NCBI GenBank assembly: GCA_902623415.1
Contig: CACNTU010000002.1
Span: forward strand, 10,519-74,518
DNA length: 64,000 nucleotides
Direction: 5' to 3'
DNA from: an uncultured Pelagibacteraceae bacterium
GTDB lineage: Bacteria; Pseudomonadota; Alphaproteobacteria; Pelagibacterales; Pelagibacteraceae
Shown here: positions 37,401-47,182 of the stretch, in pieces
Position numbering within the stretch: position 1 is the first letter of the stretch
How the letters are laid out: the number at the start of each line of letters is the position of its first letter
Notes under the pieces: generated by a model
Database searches by the model: none
Seen by the model: only the letters and a program-made list of their open reading frames with translations
What the model was told of the DNA's origin: nothing
Translations under genes and position numbers: made by a program

Positions 37401-38554
37401 GGCGGCTCACCAGGTCTTAACATTTTATAAATTTCCGTGATAGCTTCGTCTTTAGTATTGTTTTTGTCAGCTAAAATAGTTGTAAGTAGATAAGGCCCTT
37501 TATTTATAGAGTTTGTAACAGAAATTTGAAGTGTATGTATATTTGCATCTAAAATTTGTTGAATAAATGTATCATTTAATTCAGTTCCAATTTTTAATAC
37601 ACCATCTTCTTCTTCATTAATTTTTACATCTCTGTGTAAAAATTTACCAAACAAAGACTCTCTAGAAACTAGTATGTCTTTTAAACCATCGTTAGCTAAT
37701 TTTTTTGCACTTAAAAAATTAATCTTATCACCTAGTTTAATTACTACTTCACCAGTTTTTGCATCAACTACCTCTTCTGAGAAATTTTTTGCTTTGTAAT
37801 TTTCTGGATTAAATTTAGTTTTCCATTTTTCTGTTTTTGGGTCGTAATTATATTGTTCACTTTCATAGAACTCATCTACTATTTCTGATTTTGTATAACC
37901 TAAAGCTAACAACAAAGTAGATGAAAAAATTTTCTTTTTTCTGTCAATTTTAAAATATAAAAAATCTTTAACATCATACTCAAAATCTAGCCAAGAACCT
38001 CTATTAGGTATTACTCTACAATTAAATAAAAGCTTTCCACTTGCATGTGTTTTGCCTTTATCATGATCAAAAAATACACCTGGACTTCTGTGCATTTGGT
38101 TTACTACAACTCTTTGAACACCGTTAGTTATAAAAGTTCCACTATTAGTCATCATGGGAACTTCACCCATATAAACTTCTTGCTCTTTAGCTGATAAAAT
38201 ATCTTTTGTATTATTTTCTTGATCGATTTCGTAAACCACCAACCTTAAAGTACACTTAAGAGCTGATGAATATGTGAGACCTCTTGCTATACATTCTTCA
38301 ACATCAAATTTTGGTTTCTCTAATCTATATGAAACATACTCTAAAGTTGCTTTATCATTTAAATCTTCAATAGGAAAAATACTTTTAAAAACTCTATCAA
38401 AACCTTTTGTGAGTTCTGCTGCCTCAACATTAAATTCTGTTAATTCTTTATATGAATTTTTTTGTACTTCGATTAAGTTGGGTATAGATAAACTTTCTTT
38501 TAGTTTACCAAAACTTTTTCTAATGTTTTTCTTTTCAGTAAAAGATAATTGCAT
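34466..38554 (-). CDS. rpoB: RNA polymerase beta subunit
   Basis: [20 protein letters not shown], rifampicin region SQFMDQ. Confidence 0.99.
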   Translation of the reverse strand: MQLSFTEKKNIRKSFGKLKESLSIPNLIEVQKNSYKELTEFNVEAAELTKGFDRVFKSIFPIEDLNDKATLEYVSYRLEKPKFDVEECIARGLTYSSALKCTLRLVVYEIDQENNTKDILSAKEQEVYMGEVPMMTNSGTFITNGVQRVVVNQMHRSPGVFFDHDKGKTHASGKLLFNCRVIPNRGSWLDFEYDVKDFLYFKIDRKKKIFSSTLLLALGYTKSEIVDEFYESEQYNYDPKTEKWKTKFNPENYKAKNFSEEVVDAKTGEVVIKLGDKINFLSAKKLANDGLKDILVSRESLFGKFLHRDVKINEEEDGVLKIGTELNDTFIQQILDANIHTLQISVTNSINKGPYLLTTILADKNNTKDEAITEIYKMLRPGEPPTIEIATQIFNNLFFSSDRYDLSDVGRVKMNSRLNQECSDKITILRNDDIIAIIHKMLDLRDGKDDVDDIDHLGNRRVRSVGELVENQARIGVYRMERAIKEKMTTLDVESAMPQDLINAKPLTVSLKDFFASSQLSQFMDQTNPLSEITHKRRVSALGPGGLTRERAGFEVRDVHPTHYGRICPIETPEGPNIGLINSLSTYAKINKYGFIESPYKKVKDGVVQDKVEYLSAMEETKFTIAQANTKLDKNGKITEELVSCRQNLNFLLAKPDSIDYIDVSPKQLVSVAASLIPFLENDDANRALMGSNMMRQAVPLLKPESPLVGTGIESDVALDSGVTIVAKRDGIVDKIDGKRIVIKVTEETDFSKSGVDIYNLQKFKRSNQNTCINQRPLVRVGDKVKSGDIIADGPSTKLGELALGKNVTVAFMPWQGYNFEDSILISERCVTDDVFTSVHIVEYEIMARDTKLGEEEITRDIPNVNEEALKNLDESGIVYIGAEVNAGDILVGKVTPKGDSASGPEEKLLRSIFGEKAIDVTDTSLRMSRGSSGTVVDVRVFNRHGIEKDERSITIERAEIEQVQQDKIVEEEILERSIKQRASQFLSGSSLNKKVKDLSEGTKLDFDTINTLSINDVFKITVGNVNDEATLAQLKDQYNKAKQDITERFEDKVLKIRSGDDLLPSVMKMVKVFVAIKRRLRPGDKMSGRHGNKGVVSKIVPVEDMPYREDGRPVDIVLNPLGVPSRMNVGQILETHLGWACKEFGEQVKNLVNENNKKIERTEKIEKFLKSVYGEEIFNEKVDKLSKSEFKDLCENLQNGIAISTPVFDGAKEKNVTEMLELANLPGSGQTYLWDGRTGEKFDRPVTVGIIYMLKLHHLVEDKIHARSTGPYSLVTQQPLGGKAQLGGQRFGEMEVWALEAYGASYTLQEILTVKSDDVAGRVKVYETIVKGEENFESGIPESFNVLVKEIKSLALNVELN

Positions 38555-38565
38555 CTATGTTTATA

Positions 38566-38591
38566 AATACTGATTAAAAATAATCAGTATT
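38566..38591 (-). terminator. Hairpin between rplL and rpoB (possible attenuator or processing site)
   Basis: Perfect 11-bp inverted repeat AATACTGATTA-aaaa-TAATCAGTATT; no strong U tract. Confidence 0.45.
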
Positions 38592-38610
38592 CGAATTCTT
38601 TCTATTTAAT

Positions 38611-38976
38611 TTATTTAAGTTCTACTTTAGCGCCAGCAGCTTCTAACTTAGCTTTAATCTCTTCAGCGTCTTTTTTGTTTACACCAGATTTAACTTCTTT
38701 TGGTGCTCCCTCTACAAGATCTTTAGCTTCTTTTAAACCTAATGAAGTAGCTGCTCTTACTTCTTTGATAACATTAATTTTTTTATCACCTGCAGAAACT
38801 AACATGATTGTAAAATCATCTTTATCTTCTGCTGGAGCTGCACCACCTGCCGCTGCTGGAGCTGCTGCTGCCATTGGAGTTACACCCCATTTTTCTTCTA
38901 ATTGTTTTGAAAGTTCTGCTGCTTCTGCAACAGTCAAACTTGATAAGTCTTCAATAATTTTGTTTAGGTCAGGCAT
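38611..38976 (-). CDS. rplL: 50S ribosomal protein L7/L12
   Basis: [20 protein letters not shown]. Confidence 0.98.
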   Translation of the reverse strand: MPDLNKIIEDLSSLTVAEAAELSKQLEEKWGVTPMAAAAPAAAGGAAPAEDKDDFTIMLVSAGDKKINVIKEVRAATSLGLKEAKDLVEGAPKEVKSGVNKKDAEEIKAKLEAAGAKVELK

Positions 38977-38981
38977 ATGTA

Positions 38982-39503
38982 TTACTCTTTGGGTTGTGTT
39001 TCAGAATTTTCTGCCGACAAACTACTCATTTTTTCTGAATGTGCAAGCAAAATACTGATTAATTTAGATGCAGAAGCATTCAAAATACCTACAATATTGG
39101 CTCTTGCTTCATCTAATGTAGGTAAACTAGCTACATTTTGGACACCGGCCTGATCCAAGACCTCATTATCCATGATTCCACCAATTAATTTTAAGTTTTC
39201 GTTATCTTTTGCAAATTTTGAAAGAATCCTTGCTGACATTATGGCATCCTCTCCAAATGCAACTGCCGTAGGACCAGTAAATAAATTTGATAAATCTTTA
39301 CATTTTGTTTTTTCCAAAGCCAATTTTGTAATTCTGTTTTTTGTTATTTTGAAAATGATTCCATGTTCTCTCATTTTAGCTCTTAATTCATCCAACTGAT
39401 TCATGGTTAAACCTTGGTAATGGGTAACCATAACAGCTTTACTGTTTTCAAACTTACTAGTCATTTCTTCAATATAATTTTTCTTTTGTTCTTTGTTCAT
39501 CAT
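38982..39503 (-). CDS. rplJ: 50S ribosomal protein L10
   Basis: YQGLT, KNRI, FTGPTA; operon position. Confidence 0.97.
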   Translation of the reverse strand: MMNKEQKKNYIEEMTSKFENSKAVMVTHYQGLTMNQLDELRAKMREHGIIFKITKNRITKLALEKTKCKDLSNLFTGPTAVAFGEDAIMSARILSKFAKDNENLKLIGGIMDNEVLDQAGVQNVASLPTLDEARANIVGILNASASKLISILLAHSEKMSSLSAENSETQPKE

Positions 39504-39505
39504 AA

Positions 39506-40195
39506 CTATATTGATTTCCCTAATTTAACTTTATATGAAACACCCATTGTTGATGTAGCAAATACGGTTCTAATTAAATCACCTTTTAAAGTATTATTTG
39601 ATTTTTCTTTCTCTAAAGCATCTAAAATTGCATTGTAGTTTTTTAATAGTTGATCATCACTAAAAGATTTTTTACCAATACTAACTCCGATATTTCCATC
39701 TTTATCATTTCTAATTTCTACTTGGCCAGATTTAGCATTAGTTACAGCTTCTTTAATATTTTCAGAAACTGAACCAAGCTTTGGATTAGGCATCAATCCT
39801 TTTGGACCCAAAACTTTTCCTAATTTAGAGAGTTTAATCATCATTCCAGGTGTACAAATTAATTTTTCAAAGTTTAATTCTCCACCTTTAATTCTTTCAA
39901 CAAACTCATCACCACCCACTATGTCTGCACCAGCGTCTTTTGCGTCTTGAGCTTTGTTATCCTCACAAACTACAGCAACTTTAACTTCCTTACCTGTTCC
40001 ACCAGGCAAATTAACAACTGTTCTGATATTAACTTCACTTTTCTTTTGTTTGTTATTTATTTGAAAACTTAAATCTAAAGACTCATCAAATTTAGTTGTG
40101 CAGTTTTTCTTAAGTTCAGGCAAAAGTTTTTCTATAGACTCAGCACTCAAGTCTTTAGTTTTTTCTGGTAATTTTTTATATCTTTTAGATGCCAT
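39506..40195 (-). CDS. rplA: 50S ribosomal protein L1
   Basis: KFDES, LGPKGLMPNPK, STMG. Confidence 0.98.
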   Translation of the reverse strand: MASKRYKKLPEKTKDLSAESIEKLLPELKKNCTTKFDESLDLSFQINNKQKKSEVNIRTVVNLPGGTGKEVKVAVVCEDNKAQDAKDAGADIVGGDEFVERIKGGELNFEKLICTPGMMIKLSKLGKVLGPKGLMPNPKLGSVSENIKEAVTNAKSGQVEIRNDKDGNIGVSIGKKSFSDDQLLKNYNAILDALEKEKSNNTLKGDLIRTVFATSTMGVSYKVKLGKSI

Positions 40196-40620
40196 TACTC
40201 TTTTACCTCTATACCCATTGATCTAGCAGATCCCGCAATAATTTTTATGGCTTCTTCAACATCATGCGCATTTAAGTCATTCATTTTTTCTTTTGCAATA
40301 CTCTCTAATTGTTTTTTAGAAATTGAAGCAACAATATTTCTTCCAGGTTCTTTTGATCCACCTTTAAGTTTTACTGCTTCTTTAATATAAAAAGACGCTG
40401 GCGGAGATTTAATTTTAAAATCAAATTTTTTATCTTTATAAACTGTTATTTCGACTGGAACAGGTTTGCCTGCCATTGATTTTGTTTTATCATTGAAAGC
40501 TTTACAAAACTCCATGATATTCACGCCACGTTGACCTAATGCAGGTCCAACTGGAGGAGCTGGATTAGCTTGACCACCTTTAATTTGTAATTTTATAAAT
40601 CCACTAATTTCTTTTGCCAT
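40195..40620 (-). CDS. rplK: 50S ribosomal protein L11
   Basis: [19 protein letters not shown]. Confidence 0.98.
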   Translation of the reverse strand: MAKEISGFIKLQIKGGQANPAPPVGPALGQRGVNIMEFCKAFNDKTKSMAGKPVPVEITVYKDKKFDFKIKSPPASFYIKEAVKLKGGSKEPGRNIVASISKKQLESIAKEKMNDLNAHDVEEAIKIIAGSARSMGIEVKE

Positions 40621-41150
40621 TAACTTACCTTTTCAACCTGATTATATTCTAATTCTACTGGTGTAGGACGACCAAATATAGAAACAGACACCTTAAGTCT
40701 AGCTTTTTCTTCATCAATTTCTTCAATCATGCCCGTAAATGACGCAAATGGTCCATCTACAACCTGAACTTTTTCACCTACACTGTAATCTATGCCAGAT
40801 TTTGGCTGAGCAACACCATCTTTAATCTGACCTAAAATTTTCTCCACTTCTTTATCTGAAACTGGAACCGGAATACCTTTTGTGCCCAAGAAACCACTTA
40901 CTCTCTTTATATTTTTAATCATATGATAAATGTTATTATCCATCTCACTTTTTATTAGCACATATCCAGGAAAGTATTTTTTTTTTCTTTGAATTCTTTT
41001 ACCTCTCTTAACCTCAGTAACATCATGAGTAGGTACAATAATCTCTTCAAACTTATCAGCAATTTTAGCTTTATCAGCCTCTTCTTTTATTAATGAGGCT
41101 ACTTTATTTTCAAAACTAGAGTGAGACTGAACAATATACCAATTTTTCAT
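40620..41150 (-). CDS. nusG: Transcription elongation factor NusG
   Basis: [27 protein letters not shown]. Confidence 0.98.
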   Translation of the reverse strand: MKNWYIVQSHSSFENKVASLIKEEADKAKIADKFEEIIVPTHDVTEVKRGKRIQRKKKYFPGYVLIKSEMDNNIYHMIKNIKRVSGFLGTKGIPVPVSDKEVEKILGQIKDGVAQPKSGIDYSVGEKVQVVDGPFASFTGMIEEIDEEKARLKVSVSIFGRPTPVELEYNQVEKVS

Positions 41151-41341
41151 TATATGCTCACTTTAAGTAAAAGTTCTAAGAAAAATTTCAAAACCTGATC
41201 CAACAGAAGAAAAAATAAAGACATAACAACTGCCATTACAAAAACCATTAATGCACCTTGCAATGTCTCTTTCCAAGTTGGCCAGGTAACTTTAAAAGCC
41301 TCTTGTTTAACTTCCTGTATAAATTTTATTGGGTTTCTCAT
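41150..41341 (-). CDS. secE: Preprotein translocase SecE
   Basis: EAFKVTWP plus one TM helix; start set at ATG 41341 downstream of tRNA-Trp. Confidence 0.95.
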   Translation of the reverse strand: MRNPIKFIQEVKQEAFKVTWPTWKETLQGALMVFVMAVVMSLFFLLLDQVLKFFLELLLKVSI

Positions 41342-41358
41342 AATTTCTAAGCTCAAAT

Positions 41359-41434
41359 TGGCAGGAGCGGAGGGACTCGAACCCTCAGCCTCCGGTTTTG
41401 GAGACCGGCGCTCTACCAATTGAGCTACACTCCT
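41359..41434 (-). tRNA. tRNA-Trp(CCA)
   Basis: AGGAGTGTAGCTCAATTGG...CTCCAAA loop...GGTTCGAGT...CCA, 76 nt. Confidence 0.97.
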
Positions 41435-41444
41435 ATTTATAGAG

Positions 41445-42635
41445 TTACTCTATAATTTTAGTTACTACTCCTGCTCCAACAGTTCTTCCACCTTCTCTGA
41501 TTGCAAAGTTTAATTTCTCTGCCATTGCAATTGGTGTAATTAGTTTAACAGTAAATTTAGCATCATCACCTGGCATTACCATTTCAGTACCAGCTGGTAA
41601 TTCTACTTCACCTGTAACGTCTGTTGTTCTAAAATAAAACTGTGGTCTGTACTTAGTAAAGAATGGAGTATGTCTTCCACCCTCATCTTTTTTAAGTACA
41701 TAAGCTTGAGCTTCAAATTTAGTATGTGGAGTAATTGAACCAGGCTTACAAAGAACTTGACCTCTTTCAATATCGTTTCTTTCAATACCTCTCAGTAAAA
41801 TTCCAACGTTATCACCAGCTTCACCAGAATCTAAAAGTTTTCTAAACATCTCAACTCCAGTACAAACTGATTTTTTAGTTTCTCTAATTCCAACTATTTC
41901 AACTTCCTCACCGGTTTTAATTACACCAGACTCAACTCTTCCTGTTGCAACTGTTCCTCTTCCAGAAATTGAGAATACATCCTCAACTGGCATCAAGAAT
42001 GGTTTGTCAACTTCTCTAGCTGGCTGTGGAATGTGTTCGTCAACAGCTTTCATTAATTCTAAAATTGAATTTTTTCCAATTTCATCGTCTCTACCTTCAA
42101 CTGCTGCTAAAGCTGAACCTTTAACGATTGGTGTTTTATCACCTGGATATTTATATGAAGTTAAAAGCTCTCTAATTTCTTCTTCAACAAGTTCAATCAT
42201 TTCTTTATCGTCAACTTGGTCTACTTTGTTTAAGTAAACAACAATTGCAGGAATACCAACTTGTCTTCCTAAGAGAATGTGTTCTCTTGTTTGTGGCATT
42301 GGACCATCAGCTGCATTAACAACTAAGATTGCTCCATCCATTTGTGCAGCACCAGTGATCATATTTTTAACATAGTCAGCGTGACCTGGACAATCTACGT
42401 GCGCATAGTGTCTTTTTTCAGTTTCATACTCAACGTGTGCTGTTGAAATTGTTATTCCTCTCTCTTTCTCTTCAGGTGCTTTATCAATCTGATCATAAGC
42501 AACTGCAGTTCCACCGCCAGCTTGTGCTAATACATTTGTAATTGCGGCAGTAAGAGTTGTTTTACCATGGTCGACATGACCAATAGTCCCAATGTTACAG
42601 TGGGGTTTATTTCTTACAAATTTTTCTTTTGACAT
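41445..42635 (-). CDS. tuf: Elongation factor Tu
   Basis: [21 protein letters not shown]. Confidence 0.99.
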   Translation of the reverse strand: MSKEKFVRNKPHCNIGTIGHVDHGKTTLTAAITNVLAQAGGGTAVAYDQIDKAPEEKERGITISTAHVEYETEKRHYAHVDCPGHADYVKNMITGAAQMDGAILVVNAADGPMPQTREHILLGRQVGIPAIVVYLNKVDQVDDKEMIELVEEEIRELLTSYKYPGDKTPIVKGSALAAVEGRDDEIGKNSILELMKAVDEHIPQPAREVDKPFLMPVEDVFSISGRGTVATGRVESGVIKTGEEVEIVGIRETKKSVCTGVEMFRKLLDSGEAGDNVGILLRGIERNDIERGQVLCKPGSITPHTKFEAQAYVLKKDEGGRHTPFFTKYRPQFYFRTTDVTGEVELPAGTEMVMPGDDAKFTVKLITPIAMAEKLNFAIREGGRTVGAGVVTKIIE

Positions 42636-42680
42636 TACGTTTTTACCTCAGTTTTTTTGTTTCTTCTAATTTTAATTTCT

Positions 42681-42754
42681 TGGAGCGGGTAAAGGGAATC
42701 GAACCCTTACATCCAGCTTGGAAGGCTAGCGTTCTACCATTGAACTACACCCGC
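42681..42754 (-). tRNA. tRNA-Gly(TCC)
   Basis: GCGGGTGTAG...CTTCCAA loop...GGTTCGATT...CCA, 74 nt. Confidence 0.97.
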
Positions 42755-42798
42755 ACAACCCCAAGAGTAACACTCCATGTTATCTAAAATTTATTAAA

Positions 42799-42884
42799 TG
42801 GTGGAGGGGGAAAGATTCGAACTTTCGAAGACCGAAGTCAACGGGTTTACAGCCCGCCCCATTTGACCGCTCTGGAACCCCTCC
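42799..42884 (-). tRNA. tRNA-Tyr(GTA)
   Basis: GGAGGGGTTCC...CTGTAAA loop, long variable arm, CCA end. Confidence 0.96.
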
Positions 42885-43013
42885 TTTGGGGAAGTGTCCC
42901 CTTGTTCAATAAAGCTTCAAATAACAAGCGTTTTATATATTTTATTTATGCAAATGCAACACGTGATTTAATAGGAAAATATTAAAAAAACCGTATAAAA
43001 CAGATACAAATTT

Positions 43014-43757
43014 ATGAATAAATCATCATTTTTCATTGTTGGTCAACACGCAGTTATTGAAGCTCTTAGAAATCCTAAAAGAAAGGTTTTAAGAGTCTTT
43101 TTGACTGAGGAGTCTAAAAAAAATATTCATAGAAAAAGTCCAAATAAAAATCTTTTGGAAGATGTTAAAGTTTACTTTAAATCCAAAAAAGAATTAGACA
43201 AATATACTTCAAAAGAACAGTTAATGCATAATGGGTATGTTGCAGAGATTGAGCATTTAGATCAACCAGATCTGAAACAATTTATAAAAGGTAAAAATAA
43301 TTTAACATTTGTCTGTCTTGATGAAGTTACTGATCCAAGAAATATTGGTTCATTAATAAGAAGTGCAGCATCATTTGATATTCATGGATTAATAATTAAA
43401 GAGAGGCATTTTCCTCGTGATAGTAAGTTAATGTATAAATCAGCAAGTGGTTGTATAGAACACATGAATATATTCCAAGTATCCAACATTAATTCTACAC
43501 TAAAAAATTTAAGAGAAAAAAACTTCTGGGTTTATGGTTTTGATGCAAAAGGTCAAAAAAATTTCACAGATATAAAGTGGGAAGGAAACAATATTCTTCT
43601 TTTTGGTTCAGAAGGATTTGGTATGAGACAGCATACAGGGAAATATGCTGATTTTTTTGTAAAAATTAATATTAATAAAAATATCGAAAGTTTAAATATC
43701 TCAAATAGTGCAGCAATTGTATTTCATCACTTAAGTTATATTAAAAAAAAGAGTTGA
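43014..43757 (+). CDS. rlmB: 23S rRNA Gm2251 methyltransferase (SpoU/TrmH family)
   Basis: LDEVTDPRNIGSLIRSA, GSEGFG, ESLNIS; typical position between tRNA-Tyr and tRNA-Thr. Confidence 0.88.
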   Translation: MNKSSFFIVGQHAVIEALRNPKRKVLRVFLTEESKKNIHRKSPNKNLLEDVKVYFKSKKELDKYTSKEQLMHNGYVAEIEHLDQPDLKQFIKGKNNLTFVCLDEVTDPRNIGSLIRSAASFDIHGLIIKERHFPRDSKLMYKSASGCIEHMNIFQVSNINSTLKNLREKNFWVYGFDAKGQKNFTDIKWEGNNILLFGSEGFGMRQHTGKYADFFVKININKNIESLNISNSAAIVFHHLSYIKKKS

Positions 43758-43790
43758 TTATTTATCAAATTGTTAATAATTATTGCGCAT

Positions 43791-43866
43791 GCCCTTGTAG
43801 CTCAGCTGGTAGAGCAATTGATTTGTAATCAATAGGTCCGCGGTTCGAATCCGTGCGGGGGCACCA
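43791..43866 (+). tRNA. tRNA-Thr(TGT)
   Basis: GCCCTTGTAGCTCAG...TTTGTAA loop...GGTTCGAAT...CCA, 76 nt. Confidence 0.97.
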
Positions 43867-43912
43867 TCTCACTGAATTTTTGATCAAAATTTCTATGTTA
43901 AAAATTACTTTT

Positions 43913-43951
43913 GCAACATTAAGTGTTGCAGGATTGTTGCAAGATTGTTGC
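43913..43951. repeat. TGTTGC array, 11-bp period (one inverted plus three direct copies); putative recombinase arm sites
   Basis: GCAACA 43913; TGTTGC 43924, 43935, 43946. Confidence 0.7.
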
Positions 43952-43995
43952 TTAATCAAGTAATCGTTTAGTAAAATTCTATCTTAACACAAGGT

Positions 43996-44520
43996 TTATT
44001 GTAATTTAATAGAGTTATTTAAAACTTCTCCATCTTTCACTTTTGTATCTATAATTAAATTATTTCCAGAGGAAATAATTTGTGTCTCTCCCAAACTACC
44101 ATTTCCTGCAGATCCACCATTAGCTATTGCTTCCTGACATGTTCCACTGCTGTGTTTTAATCCGTGGGGATTACACAATTTTGGTGAATTAAAATGATTT
44201 GCAAAATGAGACTTCATCTTACCAGAATTACTAGCATCGCCACAAACATTACTTGTATAAGTTAGTTTACCACTATTAAGATCATACGAGTATTTTAAGA
44301 TTAGTTCCTGTCCTAATTCACATTTCATTAAACTAGTTGTAATAAATTTAGTTACTGTAGTATGATTTGATTTTGAAGCGCTAACTTTTGCTGCACTTGT
44401 ATAACCATTATAAGCAACCACTCCTACTGCAGCTAGAATACCTATGATAGCAACTACGACTAAGAGTTCTATTAACGTGAAGGCTTTATGTTTTATAGGG
44501 TTAGTCGAAAGTAACTTCAT
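43996..44520 (-). CDS. Type IV pilin-like protein 1
   Basis: KHKA|FTLIELLVVVAIIGILAAVGVVAY class III signal peptide with E5; start uncertain. Confidence 0.9.
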   Translation of the reverse strand: MKLLSTNPIKHKAFTLIELLVVVAIIGILAAVGVVAYNGYTSAAKVSASKSNHTTVTKFITTSLMKCELGQELILKYSYDLNSGKLTYTSNVCGDASNSGKMKSHFANHFNSPKLCNPHGLKHSSGTCQEAIANGGSAGNGSLGETQIISSGNNLIIDTKVKDGEVLNNSIKLQ

Positions 44521-44962
44521 AGTTTTTTCCCCTACACCTAGTTCTTATGTAATTATCATAAGTTGATAACATACCATCTTTGTATGGTACTCCATTCCAA
44601 GTTACATATTCAACATTACCATGATAAGTTGGGTTATACGGGTCTTTTACAATATTGGTAAGATGTTGCCCAACTGCTGTTATCAATTTTTTAGGACTTG
44701 TGGCATTAGAACAGTTATACTTAACTTTTGCTCCAGGTGTGTTTTTCCAATATTGTCCCTTTAATTCGATTTCACTTTCAATTTGACATAATGCATATTT
44801 CTCATTGATTAACTTAGACCACAATTGAAAGTTATTTTTACAAACAGACTCTTTTGCACTAGCTGTATAACCATTATAAGCAACCACTCCTACTGCAGCA
44901 AGAATACCAATGATTGCTACTACTACTAGGAGTTCTATTAGGGTAAAAGCTTTACGGTTCAT
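44501..44962 (-). CDS. Type IV pilin-like protein 2
   Basis: MNRKA|FTLIELL... prepilin motif; Cys-containing variable domain. Confidence 0.92.
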   Translation of the reverse strand: MNRKAFTLIELLVVVAIIGILAAVGVVAYNGYTASAKESVCKNNFQLWSKLINEKYALCQIESEIELKGQYWKNTPGAKVKYNCSNATSPKKLITAVGQHLTNIVKDPYNPTYHGNVEYVTWNGVPYKDGMLSTYDNYIRTRCRGKNYEVTFD

Positions 44963-44966
44963 AAAG

Positions 44967-45452
44967 TTACATTCTAGGTATTAATGTTGTTTCGATATCA
45001 TTTGCACCTGTTCCCCACCTTGAATTACAATCTATTCTGTCTTTGTCAGATCGATAGTTACAAGCTGTTCTTCCTATTTGAGAAACATTAGGAACATCCC
45101 AGTTCTGCCAAAATGCACCTTCGTTATCAGAATTGTTAAACGGGTTCTTGTATTGCGGATCCTCATTCAAACAGCTAAAGGCATAACTTACATTTGAATC
45201 ATAATTTTGATGTGCTGGTCTCATCTCACATTTTTTAGTTTGCGAGTTCCAAGCTTCGATTTGTCCATCAATTTCTACTCTAGTTAATTGAGCTGTAATT
45301 ATTTTAACCGCTAATGCATGGTTTGATTTTACTGCATTCACTTTAGCAGCATTTGTATACCCATTATAAGCAACTACCCCTACTGCAGCGAGGATGCCTA
45401 TAATTGCTACAACGACTAAGAGTTCTATTAATGTGAAAGCTTTACGGTTCAT
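44967..45452 (-). CDS. Type IV pilin-like protein 3
   Basis: MNRKA|FTLIELL... prepilin motif. Confidence 0.92.
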   Translation of the reverse strand: MNRKAFTLIELLVVVAIIGILAAVGVVAYNGYTNAAKVNAVKSNHALAVKIITAQLTRVEIDGQIEAWNSQTKKCEMRPAHQNYDSNVSYAFSCLNEDPQYKNPFNNSDNEGAFWQNWDVPNVSQIGRTACNYRSDKDRIDCNSRWGTGANDIETTLIPRM

Positions 45453-45458
45453 AAAAAA

Positions 45459-46082
45459 CTATTTTGTGCAACTGCTCCCTGAAACAATATCAGTTTTAAC
45501 TATAGCATTATCGTTACTATCAACATCGTAAGCCGTTTGAATCTTAAAACAACAAGAACCACTACAGTTAAATTCTTTAGCAACAGCGTTTGAAAATGGA
45601 ACACGCTCAACAATAACTGTGCCCAATGTGATACAACAAATGAACCCTGACATGCTTCCATTTCTTTGAAGTTGTTTAAATCTTTTATTGTAATCTTTAG
45701 CTCCTGAATAACTTAACATCGGGGATTCTTTAACACCAACTATGTCATTATTATATGGATTTTGCATCCCATACCACCACTTTCCTCCTTGTTGAAATCC
45801 AGCATGCTTATTTATAATTGGGCTCTGCATTCCAAGAGACTCGTTACAAGGTATATTAACTGTGTACCCATTTTTATTTACATAGCTAACTGGGTCACCA
45901 ATATCACATAAACCTAAAATTGATTGAACAGAATTTCTTACAATTGAATGTTGTTTAAGTGTAGCTTTTATTTTTGCACTTTTTGTATAACCATTATAAG
46001 CAACTACACCTACTGCAGCGAGAATACCGATGATGGCTACAACAACTAAGAGTTCTATTAATGTAAAACCATTAAGCTTCAT
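45459..46082 (-). CDS. Type IV pilin-like protein 4
   Basis: MKLNG|FTLIELL... prepilin motif; Cys-rich C-terminus. Confidence 0.92.
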   Translation of the reverse strand: MKLNGFTLIELLVVVAIIGILAAVGVVAYNGYTKSAKIKATLKQHSIVRNSVQSILGLCDIGDPVSYVNKNGYTVNIPCNESLGMQSPIINKHAGFQQGGKWWYGMQNPYNNDIVGVKESPMLSYSGAKDYNKRFKQLQRNGSMSGFICCITLGTVIVERVPFSNAVAKEFNCSGSCCFKIQTAYDVDSNDNAIVKTDIVSGSSCTK

Positions 46083-46098
46083 AAAAAAACTCTATCAC

Positions 46099-46115
46099 TG
46101 TTACCATATTGTTGC
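46099..46115. repeat. TGTT(A/G)C pair, 11-bp period; putative arm sites at the distal end of the Thr island
   Basis: TGTTAC 46099, TGTTGC 46110; same motif and orientation as 43924-43951. Confidence 0.55.
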
Positions 46116-46172
46116 CAAGCTAGAATCTTTTTTGAAAAATTATTGATAAACAATAATTATTTAAACTTTTAG

Positions 46173-46206
46173 AATTGATTTGTAATCAATACATCCGCGG
46201 ATCAAA
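46173..46206 (+). repeat. Degenerate 3'-part copy of tRNA-Thr (att-like remnant)
   Basis: AATTGATTTGTAATCAATAcaTCCGCGGaTCaAA versus tRNA AATTGATTTGTAATCAATAggTCCGCGGtTCgAA. Confidence 0.85.
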
Positions 46207-46209
46207 ATT

Positions 46210-46347
46210 TTACCAGGCTGTTAGTTTCCAACACTCATTAGCATCTTCAATACGAATATAACAACCGAGAAAAGACATAATTTTAAATGCACAAAAACCT
46301 CCAACTAAAATAATGACTACGAGTATTATTGGATTTATTTTTTTCAT
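46210..46347 (-). CDS. 45-aa putative single-pass membrane protein (not in ORF track)
   Basis: MKKINPIILVVIILVGGFCAFKIMSFLGCYIRIEDANECWKLTAW*; ATG 4 bp after nadK stop; fills the gap exactly. Confidence 0.6.
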   Translation of the reverse strand: MKKINPIILVVIILVGGFCAFKIMSFLGCYIRIEDANECWKLTAW

Positions 46348-46351
46348 TTGT

Positions 46352-47122
46352 TTAACTAGTCTCTCTTCTTATTTGTTCAATTTTAATTTTTTTTTGTAAA
46401 CTTCTATTTTTATCATAAAGGAGATTAAACTTTATTTTATTATTTGTTTTTACTGTAATTGATTTAGCATTTCTTACTTCTAAATTATCTGCTACAGCAC
46501 TGATAGGTCTCTTAGTTGGGTTTAAATTAATTATAACTATTTTAGTTTTATCATTAACTATTTTGCCCTTCCATCTTCTTGGTCTAAAAGCGCTTATTGG
46601 TGATATTGATAATTTTTTTGAATGAAGACTTAAAATAGGTCCATGAACAGAAAGATTATAAGCTGTACTACCGGCTGGTGTAGATACTAATACTCCATCA
46701 GAAACTAATTTTTTAATTATTTGTTTTGAACCTTGTCTAATAGATAATGAGGCAGCTTGCCTACTTTGTCTAAGTACAGATACTTCATTTATAGCTATAG
46801 ATCTCTTGGTTTGATTATTTTTATTTTTAACAATCATTTCTAGTGGAGAAATTGAAACTAAATTTGCTTTTGACAGGTTTTTTAAAATATCTTTTGAAGA
46901 AAATTTATTCATAAGAAAACCATAATTTCCAGAATTAATACCATAAAAATGTTTATTAGAATTTTTATTCTTTTTTAATGTTTGGAGCATAAAACCATCC
47001 CCACCAATAACAATTATGAGATTTTTTTTTTTAAACTGATTAAATTTTAATTTTTTTAATAATAAATTTTTAATACTTGACGATTTTTTATTTTTATCTG
47101 AAATAATTAAAAGCTTACTCAT
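46352..47122 (-). CDS. nadK: NAD kinase
   Basis: GGDGFML, GFLMN, NEVS, STPAGSTAYNLS. Confidence 0.94.
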   Translation of the reverse strand: MSKLLIISDKNKKSSSIKNLLLKKLKFNQFKKKNLIIVIGGDGFMLQTLKKNKNSNKHFYGINSGNYGFLMNKFSSKDILKNLSKANLVSISPLEMIVKNKNNQTKRSIAINEVSVLRQSRQAASLSIRQGSKQIIKKLVSDGVLVSTPAGSTAYNLSVHGPILSLHSKKLSISPISAFRPRRWKGKIVNDKTKIVIINLNPTKRPISAVADNLEVRNAKSITVKTNNKIKFNLLYDKNRSLQKKIKIEQIRRETS

Positions 47123-47126
47123 TTAG

Positions 47127-47182
47127 TGGTACCCTTGGCCTCAAATTGGCACTCCACAAGCGGCGAGGATTTTAAGTCCTTT
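47127..47182 (-). repeat. Degenerate 3'-part copy of tRNA-Leu (att-like remnant)
   Basis: Aligns to 48741-48800 with several substitutions and a 4-bp gap; ends with shared core TTTTAAGTCCTTT. Confidence 0.88.

Larger units (their letters stand above)
43816..46206. mobile_element. Integrase-less island at tRNA-Thr carrying four pilin-like genes
   Basis: 19-bp direct repeat AATTGATTTGTAATCAATA at 43816-43834 (in tRNA) and 46173-46191, with further degenerate match; TGTT(G/A)C 11-bp-period repeats near both ends. Confidence 0.75.

Noticed and set aside
41342-41419. N-terminal extension of SecE in the ORF track
   Set aside because: It is read-through of the tRNA-Trp sequence; the real start is 41341.
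42888-42901. GGGGA-agtg-TCCCC hairpin upstream of tRNA-Tyr as an ncRNA
   Set aside because: Only a 5-bp stem in a tRNA leader; not enough support for a separate feature.
47127-47182. Second functional tRNA-Leu
   Set aside because: Lacks the 5' half and has a damaged T arm; treated as an att-like remnant.
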